64,000 bases of DNA, taken from the human T2T-CHM13v2.0 reference genome, Homo sapiens. Location of the stretch: NCBI RefSeq assembly GCF_009914755.1, contig NC_060927.1. One strand, written 5' to 3'. Positions 25,837 to 41,184 of the stretch are shown piece after piece. Below the pieces are notes generated by a model. That model saw nothing but the letters and a program-made list of their open reading frames with translations, had not been told where the DNA came from and ran no database searches. The stretch's first letter is position 1. Every line of letters begins with the position of its first letter. A program made the translations under genes and the position numbers.

Positions 25837-27309
25837 GGGATTTACTATGAAATGGGTTCATGTGATTAAAGAGGCCAAAAAGTCCCACAGTCTGCAAGCT
25901 GGAGAACCAGAAACCCAGGGGTGTAATTCAGTCTGAGTCTGAAGGCCTGAGAACTGGAGGTGTGGGGCCACACATGTAAGTCCCAGAGTTCAAAGGCCAG
26001 AGAGCTCTGGCATTTGAGAGCAAGAGGGCAGGAGAAGATGGATGTCTCAGCTCCAGAAGGGTGGATTCGCCTTTCCTCCACCATTTTATTCTGTCTGCCC
26101 ACCCACATGGGGGAGGGCAATCTTCTTTACTCAGTCCACTGATTCAAATGTAAACCTCTTTGGGAAACACCCTCACAGACACACCCAGAAATGACGTTTC
26201 ACCAGCTATAATATCTGGGTATCTCTTAGACCAGCGAAGTAGACACCTAAAATTAACCATTCACACCTTCCTAGACTTCCCTTCCCAGCGTAAGTCTCAC
26301 TAAGTCCTGAGCTTGTGTTTCATCTCCTCAAACTTACTAAGAGATAAAGAACCGACTAGTGCTTTCACAATTTTCACTCTTCTTTTCAGGGTTTCCCAGG
26401 CTATTTTGCTCTTTATTTTCCCATGTGTATTTTAGAATCAACCTGACAAAAAAAGAAAGAAATTTAAAGAAAAACAAGAAAAGCTGAGGGTGTTTTATTG
26501 TGATCCCATTAAATTTATATATTAATTTAGAAAAAATTGGAATCTTTATCATGCTAAATCTTCCTATCCAAGAACATGGTACCTCATTCCCTTTGTAAAC
26601 ATCTTTTGTGTCTTTCATATGTGTTTTAAAGTCTTTCGTATGTAGGTTTTGTATATATCTTATCAGGAATATTTTATATTACAAATTGGTTTCTCATTAT
26701 ATCTTCTAGCTGTTATTGCTATGTATAAAGGCCTTTGGCTTCCATATATTATTTTATATGCCACTGTTCTCCTGACTTCTGTTATTTTTTATAGTAATGT
26801 TTCAGTTGATTCTCTTGGGTTTCCCAGGTAGGCAATCACATCATCTGCAAAACGTGGGTTTTACCTCCTTTTTAACTTTGATATCTCTGTTTTCTTCCTC
26901 TTCTCTAATTGTGTAGTAGTAGTAGGGATTTTAGAGGAGATGTCTCCAAATTTTCCTCATTAGGTACAATGTTGGCTTTGAAAATACTCATCAATTTCTA
27001 TTTCATTGAGTATTCTGAAACCAAAAATGGGCATTCAAGACCGTTAAAACAAAATGTAAATTCCATAAACAGATAAACAGACTCATATGCATATTTAATA
27101 TACAACAAAGGCATCATCTCAAATCTGTGCAGAAAGAGTAGACAGACTTTTTAGTAAGTGTTTTTAGGATAATTAGACAGCCCTATGGTAAAAGATAAAA
27201 TTAGAACCATTCCTCAAGCCATATGCCAGGATAAATTTCCAACAAATTAGAGACTTAAATAGAAATAGTAAAACCTTATAAGTACATGGAAAAAATGAGT
27301 AAATTCCTC

Positions 27310-27790
27310 TGTGATGTGGTTCAATGATGCCCATGTCCTAATCCCCAGAACCTGTGAACATGTAACCTTATGTGGCACAGGGGACTTTACAGATGTGATT
27401 AAGGTGAAGGACCTTGAGATGGGGAGAGTGTCCTCCATCATCCAGCTGGGCTCAGTATAATCACATGAGTCCTTAAAGTGGAGAATCTTTCCTGGCTTTT
27501 GTCAGAGAGATGTGACTTCAGAAGAGTTAGAGAGACGCAATGTTGCTGGCTTTGAAGATGAAGGAAGGAGGTCAGGAGCCCAAAAGAATGGGGGTTGCCT
27601 CCAGAGGCCGGGATGGGCAAGGAAACAGATTTTCTAGAAGAGCCTCTAGAAAAGAATGCAGCCCTGCCTTGATTTTAGCCCAGTGAGAACTGTGTTGAAC
27701 TTCTGACCTACAGAATTGTACGAGAATACATTTGTGTTATTTTAAACCATTGAATTTGTGGTCCTGTTACAGCAGCAATAGGGAATTCAT
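27310..27790 (+). mobile_element. MLT1 (MaLR) LTR
   Basis: ctaatccccagaacctgtgaa...agggactttacagatgtgattaagg...gttacagcagcaatagg. Confidence 0.85.
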
Positions 27791-28459
27791 ACCTCTTTAA
27801 TTTCCCTGCCTGAGAAGCAAAGGGACTGTCTCCCGGCCCCATCCTAAGTCACAATCTAAGCTTCTGACTGCCCTTTCCTAAATTCTTATTCAGTAGGAAT
27901 GTTGGAAATAGTGGCACAGGTCGGGGAATCAAAAGGGAACCCCACCCCGCCCACCAAACCCACCCCCAGAACCCAGATGGGAAGGATAGCAAGCTGGATT
28001 GAGGACCTTTGGTCCAGCAAGTTGCACTTGAACAAATAAGAAATATCTGGTTACTAGACACGTCAGAGATAGAAGTGAGAACTTTAGAAGATTAATATAA
28101 TCCTCTGTGAAGGAGTGTTATTTTAATTTCTCAGATTAAATTACTAAATATGCAGCCTGCCAGTTGTCTCCTCTCAGCCCCAAGCAATTTGGCTTCTGCA
28201 AGGTTCTAATTACCTCAGTTGTAATGTCCCCTTAATTACAGTGTTATCTAATGAACATACCATCCTCTGTTCTATAATGAGAGGATTTTTAAAGTAAAAT
28301 TGACAAAGGTAAAGATGAGAAATTAGCCCTAAAGTATTCTCACTTGGCTCACTGGAGAGTTGAAACTTAACGCAAGGTTTCAGAGCTTCAGTGCACACAG
28401 AATGTGCTTGTAAGCCAGGCTTGACATCTGATTTCACAAAAGTAAGAAAATGCAATTTT

Positions 28460-29290
28460 TAAAAATTGTGGTAAAAAAACTCATAAATCATGAACCATAT
28501 TTAAGTGCACAGTTCAGTCATGTAAGTAGATTCACATTGTTGTGAAACAGCTCCCCAGAACTTTTTAATCTTGCAGAACTAAAACTCCATACCCATTAAC
28601 AAACAGCTCCCTATTTCCTCTCCTCCAAGCTCCTGGCAACCACCATTCTACTTTTCTGTTTCTACGAATCTGACTACATTAGTTACTGCAAATAAGTGAA
28701 ATCACACAGCATTAGTCTTTTTGTGACTGGCTTATTTCATTTAACTTAACATCCTCAAGGTTCATCCATGTTGTAGTAAGTGTCAGAATTTCCCTCCTTC
28801 TTAAGGCTGAATAATACTCCACATGTTGTTTATCCATTCATCCACTGATCCATTGATAAACATCTGTGTTGCTTACTCTTCTTGGCTATTTTGAACTGAG
28901 CTGCTATGAATATGAATGTGCAAATATCCCTCGTTGAGACCCTTCTTTTTTTTTTTTTTAATTTTACTTTAAGTGAGACCCTTCTTTTTTTTTTTTTTTT
29001 TTTTTTATTTTACTTTAAGTGAGACCCTTCTTTCAATCCTTTTGGGTATATACCCAGAAATGAGATTTCTGGATCATATGGTAGGTCTATTTTTAATTTT
29101 TTTGAGGAACTATCATGGTTTTCCACAGTGATAACACCATTTTACAACCCCACCAACGGTGCACAAGGGTTTCAATTATTCTACATCCTCACAAACACTT
29201 GTTATTTTCTGCTTTTGTTTTCCTTTAACATAGCCATACGTATGGGTATGAAGTGATATCTTGTAGTCATTTTGATTTGCATTTCTAGAA
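28460..29290 (-). mobile_element. L1MA/L1MB 3' region
   Basis: cctggcaaccaccattctactt, ttttgtgactggcttatttca, tttgggtatatacccagaa signatures. Confidence 0.85.
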
Positions 29291-30600
29291 AATGCTATTT
29301 TATGAAGCACATTCACACTTTCAAGGCAATATCACAAACAATATTTATACATCATAGCACCGATTAAATAAGGAAAACAAACTAGACAATAATTTTTTAA
29401 ACTTGGATAATTAGAACAATAAAAGAAATGGAAGTTAGATTATTTGTGAGCTCACTGAAGACTACAGCCAAGAACTTTAATCTCAAGAAAGAATTGGAAA
29501 GCCCTTCAAAATCCTAAGAAATGCTATTATGTGGTCTAAACTGACTTTGATGACGGATCTTGCCACTGACAAGTAGTGTGGGAGAAGCTGGAAGATGAGA
29601 TACTAGAAAAAAATGTCCTCCTTATTAATCAGGAAAAATTAGAATCAAGTAAATATTTTAAAGAAAAGAGAAATGAGTAAGATCTGTGGATTTTTTAAAA
29701 TAGGTAATTTTTCAAAAAGAAAATTAGATAGAATTACACATTTGTAAGACCCATAAAATATTGGTCATGTAACTTTGGAAAATGGAGGAAGAAAATAAAC
29801 ACACCTGTAATACACTTCTTTTAGATGTCAATGGGATTCCCAAGTGGAGCTGCCCTATAGAGGAGAAACCAGAAACAGGTGCCAATATTAAAGGTCAAAG
29901 CTGGAGTAAGAAACATAAGTCATCTATGTATCAAAACCAAATCCTCGTTTTAAAAAGGATTAGTACCCTCAGTACAATTATAAAGCACTAAACTTTGGCT
30001 CAAATACAGAATGGTCTTTGGGTGAAAACATAATCCATTCTGAGCCAATTAGAATACATACCTCAGTAAGCAATAGGATTGGATATCCACTTCCTCAACC
30101 TTTCCCTTTTAAAGTTTACAAAACTGACCATTTTGTGAACGTCTGCTCTAACGACCCAGATAAACACCAGCCAAGCTTTCAGAAGGAGGCATCTCTAAGC
30201 CAGAGGAGCTTAGAGATCTCTAAGCTTGCTGGGTTTTTCTACAGAAAAGTGAGAAAGTAAGAAGGAACCATCTCCTACCATATCCAGTTATTAAAATTAA
30301 AATGACCTTTTGTCTCTTTCTGTACAAAAAAGACTGTTGTATTCTTCCACTTCAAATTGGGAGGAATACGGTAGTAAGGATTTAATTCACTACTTTATAG
30401 CTTACTAGCTCCATGATCCATTACACCCCAAACAAGGAAACATGTGGGTGGGGAGGGTGGCTAGAACCATCAATAAATTTAAAAGAGATTCTAGTGGAAA
30501 TAAAATTAAAGCTACAGTCAAGAAACCAGATGTGAGTCTTGCTATTAATTACAATACACTACTTAAGGATTTCACCTAAGTGCCTTTTCCCCTTCACTTC

Positions 30601-31438
30601 TGATGGGCTTCATTACATTCTATCCCAAAATATGGCGCCTTGGCATTTGAGAAAACTGCAGAAGCAGGAAGGTATCTCTGACTTTCCTCTCAGCCTTCAC
30701 CCCTGAAGTAGGCCATAACAGAATTATCTGACCTTCCTCCCTGCAGTCGGTCATAAGACCCCCCCTTCCAGAGGTATCCTGCCTGTATCTGAATTATAGG
30801 AACATCCTTATCCTCAAAGACACAGGGACACCAAGAAGAATTGAACTGACAGGCCTTGTTAAGTTTCCCCCAGCGTATTGCTATTAGATCACACCGTGTT
30901 GTCCTCCAATCATATTTTTCCACAACTATGCACTTCATTATCAAACCTAGTATTAAAAAATGCACTAGTTGTCCAGGCACAGTGGCTCATGCCTGTAATC
31001 CCAGCAATTTGGGAGGCCAAAGCGGGAGGATCACTTGAGGTCAGGAGTTCAAGACCAGCCTGGCCAACATGGTGAAACCCCATCTCTACTAAAAATACAA
31101 AAATTAGCTGGGCGTGGTGGCGCACACCTGTAATCCCAGTTACTCAGGAGGCTGAGGTGGAAGAATCACTTCAGCCCGAGAGGTGGAGGTTACAGTGAGC
31201 CAAGATTATACCACCACACTCCAGCCTGGGTAACAGAGCGAGACTCTGTCTCAAAAAAAAAAAAAACACAAATTTACCTGTTTCTTTGGGCCTTCATTTT
31301 TGAAGGCTCCCATATTGCATAAAACTTATATTAAATATATTTGTATGCTATTTTCACTTCTTAATCCATCTTTTGTTACAGGAGTCTCAGCCATGAACCT
31401 AGCAACAGACAAGCAAAAAAAATCTTTTCCCCCCTACA
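30601..31438 (+). mobile_element. MER39/MER34-like ERV1 LTR interrupted by an AluS (30971-31266, +)
   Basis: cccaaaatatggcgccttggcat start, ttttccccctaca end. Confidence 0.65.
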
Positions 31439-32007
31439 CTTCCAACATATAAAAAATAGGTTTAATAAAAAGCTTTTAGAACCAGAACATTTTTCTTCTA
31501 AGAATATTTTATTCTTTCATTCATATTACTTTAATATTCATACATGTATTCTGCCATGTAAATAACCTTTCCAAATTATGTATCAGTCTATTTGCATCAT
31601 GTCAAATTTTCAAATCTCCATATTTTCACAAGATATATATTCTCCTTTGGAATCTTTCTGCACATTTATATGAATAAATTAAATAGTATCTCTACAAACA
31701 TATTCAAGTAATTATTTGTTTTGGGTTATTATGTAACATGAAATAATTATATATCAATGCAGTATTTTTTTCATATGTGACAGTGAAACAAGGTTTTTAA
31801 ACAAAAAACTGATTTTATTAAAATAAAATTTACATAAATTATGAACAGTCTATTTGTATGAAAGCCCCTCTTCAGATATATTTTCCACTTGGCCATATGT
31901 AACACATACCTTAGCATGACATAAAATTCCAAAATCATTCAAGTAGTAGAGCTAATAAATTTGAATTGTATTTTTAGTGTTAAAAAGAAAAAAATGTAAC
32001 TATTTAA

Positions 32008-34766
<2,759 letters not shown>

Positions 34767-35118
34767 CCTTTATCTTTTGATTCCTGAAAACAATGCACTT
34801 AACTTCAGTATTTGGTCTTTTAGTTATAATTCTTAAAAATAAGACATTTTAAAACATATTAAATGTGCATTATTTGGAAAAAAGTATATGCAAATGAACC
34901 TGGAAATATCAATATACAAACCAATTTTTCAATTCTCCAGTCCATGGAGGGAGATACTCATGTATTTGACATTTGAAAACCATTTTTTTTAGCAACTATG
35001 ATAGTGGTTTCTAGACTTTGTCCTTAAGCACAAGCCATTCTTCCTATATGACATGATCATAACAAAGATTTATATATAGCTCCAGAGAATAGTGAGATTT
35101 GCAGTCTTCTGATGGATA

Positions 35119-35168
35119 TCAAAGTTGAAGGCTAAAAGACACTTTGGTGGTATAGCTGGGAACAGATT
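35119..35168 (-). CDS. LRRC2: LRRC2 last coding segment (SVPSYTTKVSFSLQL*)
   Basis: ttctgttacag|AA acceptor; TGA at 35121-35119; the seven exons total 991 nt in one continuous frame. Confidence 0.92.
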
Positions 35169-37626
35169 CTGTAACAGAAAGAAAAAAGTATGCTCAATCA
35201 TTCACCATTTTATTATGAAATCTAGCTACGTGCTATGACATACATAATGAATGTATGTCAATACACCCATTATTGTCACTTCATGTTTTAAGTATAGAGA
35301 TACTGTATAGGTGATAAATAATGCATTTGTCACCATTAAGTAAGTCATCACAAATGTGCAGTCAAACTTTAGAAATGTTTAGATCTAAGAATCGTTAACT
35401 TTCATTCTTTTGCCATCTTTCCAGCCAACTCACAGCTACATCAAGATCTTGGAAGCTATATGACCCTACAGTATTAATAGTTGACAAAATAGAAATAGAT
35501 GGTCACGGACTTGGGACTGTGGCTAGTAGGTGGCAGAGGGTACCGTTTATAAGAGAAGTTTGGGCTGTTCCTAAACCATACACCATCTTTGAAAGTAAAC
35601 CTTCTCTCAGCCTGGCTCTTCCCACTAGTTGCTGACCCCTCTTCTCTCTCCCTTCACAGCCAAAGTTTTGTCAAAGGATGGTCTATACCAATGGCTCTCA
35701 AAGTGTACTTCTCAGACACAAGGCATCAACATCACCAGCGAGCTGGTCAGAAGTGTACTTTCTCAGGCCCTGCCCCAGGCCTGATGAGTAAAAACTCTCA
35801 TTCCTATGTTCACTAAAGCTTGAGGACCAGTGAGGGCTTCACATCCTTATCCTTCTTGAATCACACAAAGTTGTAGGCCCTTGTGGGCAGATTAAATCTA
35901 CTATTTTTTCACTCAGACATTGGTCTGATGGGGAAAGAAGGAAAACAGGGAAGACACCATGATAAAGAAAAGAAAACGAGCAAATTTTTTAAAATTCAGA
36001 GCACATGCCTGACCATATCTAGGTCGAAACATTAAAAAGTGTCATTTCTGTAGGACAAAACCAGCTGAATATTAGCAATATCATGTGTTCAATCTAATAC
36101 ATATGAATATACACAGAATAAAATTATTATTATTTAGAAATAAGTAAACAAATTAAAAATCTATCATCTCTAAAGTTAATTTTTAAAAGCAAATTATTTT
36201 AAAACAAATTAATTTATTTAAGTAAATAATAACTAATAATATATTATCGATAAAATTAATATTAAATAATATATTTATTAAATGATATTTTATAATAGAT
36301 AAATATATTTATTTTATTTAAATTGATTAATTTTAAAAGCAAATTATTATTGCTGGCCACATAGATCCAGAACTTAACACCTATTTTCTTTCTTTCTTGT
36401 AGTTTTACATAATAGCACTACAATATAATTACGAATAAATAAATGAATAAAATGGAACACTAAAGGCTCTCACAAGAGGAAAACCATAGAACCCAAAGGT
36501 AAATTTTGACAAATAAATGGCTCTGTAATTTCAGTTTCACATTTACGATAAATTTCTAATTTATTTCATATTAGTTCAGAATTCAAAATTAGGGATATCC
36601 AAAAAGATTAAAAGTAACCATATAGAAATTTTAGTTTAGCTGAAACAATTTTTAATTTGCCCAATAAATGACACTTTTCATCATTTCTGACTATCTGAAT
36701 GTGACTAATCGTCTTCAGACATCTACTGATGAGGGAGGGGCATGCTCACGCATGCCATTTTCTGAGGGTGGCTGAGGGAGCCTGCCCACAGATGCTCATC
36801 ATCAGAGGCCCAGGGCCAGTGCGCTTCCTCCCTAAATCCACTTGTGGGACAACTCTCTTCCTGCCAGGTCTGCACCTAGCTCATCAAAGAACTGAAAAAT
36901 TAAGGAATGACTCTCAGGCATCCACACCCAGAAAGGAGGCAGTGATTAGAAGACCAAAGACTGATGTATGCCTTTTTCCTGGGGAAGCTGTCTTGTGATG
37001 GAAGGAAGGGCTTAAGGCTTCCAGAACACCATTAGGATCTCTCCACTCCTTTGGAAACAGCCGCCGGAATCTGGCGCTGGGAAAAAGCCTTCCCACCCTT
37101 TCCTGAGGTACTTGACCCCCCTCGCCCCTCTGTATTCTCACCACCCTATGGGAACCAAAACTAAATGCATCTATGCGCAAATTGGCCATCCTGTGCTTTC
37201 CCTTTTGTGATTTTTATATGTGTTCTTGATTTATGTGAGATAACTTTTTCAAAAGTTGAATGTAAACGGATTTTGAAACGACATCTTATTTTTCTAGTAA
37301 CTTAGGATACTATTTTGTCAATATCGTTTAGTTAAAAACTCACGTATGGTTAGTAACGCAACCCTAACATTTTAAGTGCACGTTTCCCAGCCTCTCTGTC
37401 AAACAGTGGATGATTCATCAAGCATTCAAATGGACTAGCACAATTTGATATTTTAAGGAAATGTATCATTTGGAGTGTGTTGGAGGGTAAATGGAAAAAT
37501 AATTTACGAAGTAACGTGCCCCTCAACCAATAAACTTTTTGTCAATTTGACTTCTATTAACAAATGTATTACATAAGTGGACGTCTGTACACTAATTTTA
37601 AATAATTTTAAATATGAGTAACCCAC

Positions 37627-37763
37627 CTCTTTCTTTAAGGTCTTCAATATAGGCTTTCATAACTTCTTTATCAAAATGTTGGCGATCCCGTTCACTTTCC
37701 ATTATTTCATTGCCATCTTCACATTGGGCATTATCAATAGGATTGTCCATAAGGCTTACAAAT
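37627..37763 (-). CDS. LRRC2: LRRC2 coding exon ([14 protein letters not shown]...IEDLKER)
   Basis: ctcgaatag|A acceptor, G|gtgggt donor, 137 nt, phase 2 to 1. Confidence 0.92.
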
Positions 37764-38197
37764 CTATTCGAGAAAGCATGGGAAGTATCACATTATCACC
37801 TGTGCGTTTTAAACTGCAAAATTCCTCACATAAAATAACCTCTGTTATCCCAAGTTCTGGCTTACCTTTAAAAGTCACATTTGACCACATGATATCAGCA
37901 TCACCAGTGGAATTCCAGTGTGGAATAATCCAACAGTAATATAGAGCCAGTTTTAAAGTATAGACTTTTCAGAGGCCTGATGGGGAAATGAGAGCTCCCT
38001 AGTCATAGGCAGAGAGTACAGGAGGCCATGGAGTGGACACTAACACCTCCTCTCAGGCAGATCCTCACAGCTGCATGTCGTCATGCAATGTTTGATGTTA
38101 CTCCCAGTAAGGGACATCCAACTTTAAAATGACGTGTCCAAATTACAAAGGACTCAAGGAAAATCCCCACAAAATGTGTATTTAAAAGATAGGACAT

Positions 38198-38852
<655 letters not shown>

Positions 38853-38867
38853 AAGATGAACTACTGC

Positions 38868-38870
<3 letters not shown>

Positions 38871-38918
<48 letters not shown>
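38871..38918. repeat. (CA)n microsatellite
   Basis: About 24 uninterrupted CA units. Confidence 0.97.
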
Positions 38919-38919
<1 letters not shown>

Positions 38920-39744
38920 GCTAAAGGGGGGAAACCCAAATGGTATTTGATCTTCTGTCTTCACAATTTTCAAAGATGTATTGATGTGAAAAATATTGTA
39001 ATTATTTCAATTCAAAACAGTAAATCTCTTAAATAGTTTTTGGTTGCAATTGCAGGCCCTGCTGTCTTGAGATGTTAGCGTGTTCTCATTGGATTATAGA
39101 TGAGAGCTGTATATATGGAAGATATGAGCCACGAGTGTTGTTTTATTATATATATATATTTCCCACTTCATTTTCCTTTTAATTTTATTTAATGTCTGAA
39201 CATGGAGAGAGTTTAAAAGTTGTAATGTTTAATGTAGATAGAACCATTCAACTTTTCCTTTATAATTTTTTCATTGAGTTAATGTTTATCATCCTTCCCT
39301 ATTCAAAAATAAGAAATATACCTACATTTTATCATTCTTAACATTTTTAATCAAGTAATCATTGTACACATTTTTAAACCTGCAGAATGTAATCGTGCTT
39401 CTTTGTGAAGCAATAGTCTCTCACCCTCCCTTTAATTACTCTTCAGATCCCAGAAGCAATCTTTTTTCATTGGTCTATCACTGTTTTTCCTTAATCTATT
39501 TAAAATACCTTTTACCTTAGGACAAATACTTTCCTGTCATTCAATCAAGTGGTGGTATTTCTCCCCTTCTTTCCAGTTTCCCAACCTTCCCACTTCCAAA
39601 TTTTTACCTACTATTTTACTTTTTAAACATTTTATTATGAAAATTCTTAAATATTCACAAAAGTAGAAAAAAGTTCATAGTGAACACCCATGTACAATCC
39701 CCTAGATTCCATGTTTAACATTTTGCTATACTTGCTTTAACACA

Positions 39745-39980
39745 TATCCACTCATCTGTCCACACACCTATCCGCCCAACTATCCACCCATCTATCCACC
39801 CATCCATCCACCCATCCATCTACCCATCCATCTACCCATCTATCCATCCATCTATCCATCCATCTATCCACCCATTTATCCACCCATTTATCCAACCATC
39901 CATCCACCCATCTGTCCACCCATCTATCCACCCATCTACCCACCCATCTGTTCACACATCTATCCACCCATCTAACCACA
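39745..39980. repeat. Degenerate (CCAT/CCAC)n repeat with 12 bp periodicity
   Basis: Repeated catctatccacc-type units. Confidence 0.9.
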
Positions 39981-40075
39981 CGTCGGACATCTCATTTTTT
40001 TTGATGTATCTCAAAGCACAATCACAGACATTGTGTACTTTTACTTTGTTAAGGTTAATACTATACACATTCTGA

Positions 40076-40235
40076 TGTGTAATCACATCTCACTTTTCTT
40101 TTGCCTGCAGCTTGATTCTAAAATTGAAAATCAATAAATAATATTTACATTTTTGTGTAATCACATCTCACTTTTCTTTTGCCTGCAGTTTGATTCTAAA
40201 ATTGAAAATCAATAAATAATATTTACGTTTTTGTG
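40076..40235. repeat. 78 bp tandem duplication
   Basis: 40076-40153 repeated at 40154-40231 with 2 mismatches. Confidence 0.95.
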
Positions 40236-41184
40236 ACAACCATCTGGTAAGGCTTGGTAATGCCTTCATATCTGAGAATGAGACAGCAGAATTTGGCTGG
40301 TCCCCTGAGTATGTAGGCAGTGCTGGCCAAGGTACCGGCCTCACTGTGGGTGATCACTCAAGCACAGAGCTAGCAGGTCCTCAGGGCAGTCGCCAAACAC
40401 AGAACTCTGGGGTCTTTTCTCCAGGCTACCTTAGAGAAAATCTCAGGCTTTTGGTCTGGAGCCTGGACTGCTGGTACAGAGTGGTCTGCCCATTGTAATT
40501 AAGGAGGAGGTTGGGGGGTGCCTGTTGATATAAAAATTCTTCCGTTTTTCCTCTTGTTTTAAGCACCATATTTCTGTCTACACCTCCCTGTACCGAAATT
40601 TCTGGCCACCAACATCTTCAGGACAGAGCGGTGCGCTCCTCGGCTTGTTCTCTGGGATTTGGTTTGTTCCACCTTACTTTCATCAATGACTGCTATTCTG
40701 TCTACTTGATGTATCTCATAAAAATGTTGAGATTTCTCATATTTTAAATTTTTTCTTTCATTTTAATAGGCTGTTATAAAGGATAAGTGTATAAGTGTTA
40801 AAAGGGATCAAGCCATCATGATTAACATGGCATTTCTTATTCTTTTAATAACTTTCTTTTTATATTTAACTTGTCTCTTGGTCTAGTTTTCTTTCTATAT
40901 GCTATGTATACCATATATTTGTGATATTAACTATATATGGCATATATAGCGATGTAGTACTCCAAGATTTCTTATGCTATAAAGTGAAGAACAGGCTTTA
41001 TCACTAGCCAGTTTCTTCATACCATATGAAGTCATTCATACTTTCCCCAGTTGCTTATGAAAATTCCTATATCATGTATTAGCATTGATTTCAGGACTAC
41101 CTATTCTCTTCCAATAACTCACCTATAAATCATTGCCCAGCATTGCATCATTTTGAGGTCACCCCTTCTAAATGTACTGTAATT

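Larger units (their letters stand above)
24930..26265 (-). mobile_element. MLT2 (ERVL) LTR interrupted by a MER47-like element and an ERV1 LTR
   Basis: cagagttctccgcagaaacagaacca start; aaacaccctcacagacacacccagaaat...aaaattaaccat end. Confidence 0.8.

Noticed and set aside
39752-39979. ORF with WVDR repeats
   Set aside because: Translation of the (CCAT)n simple repeat.
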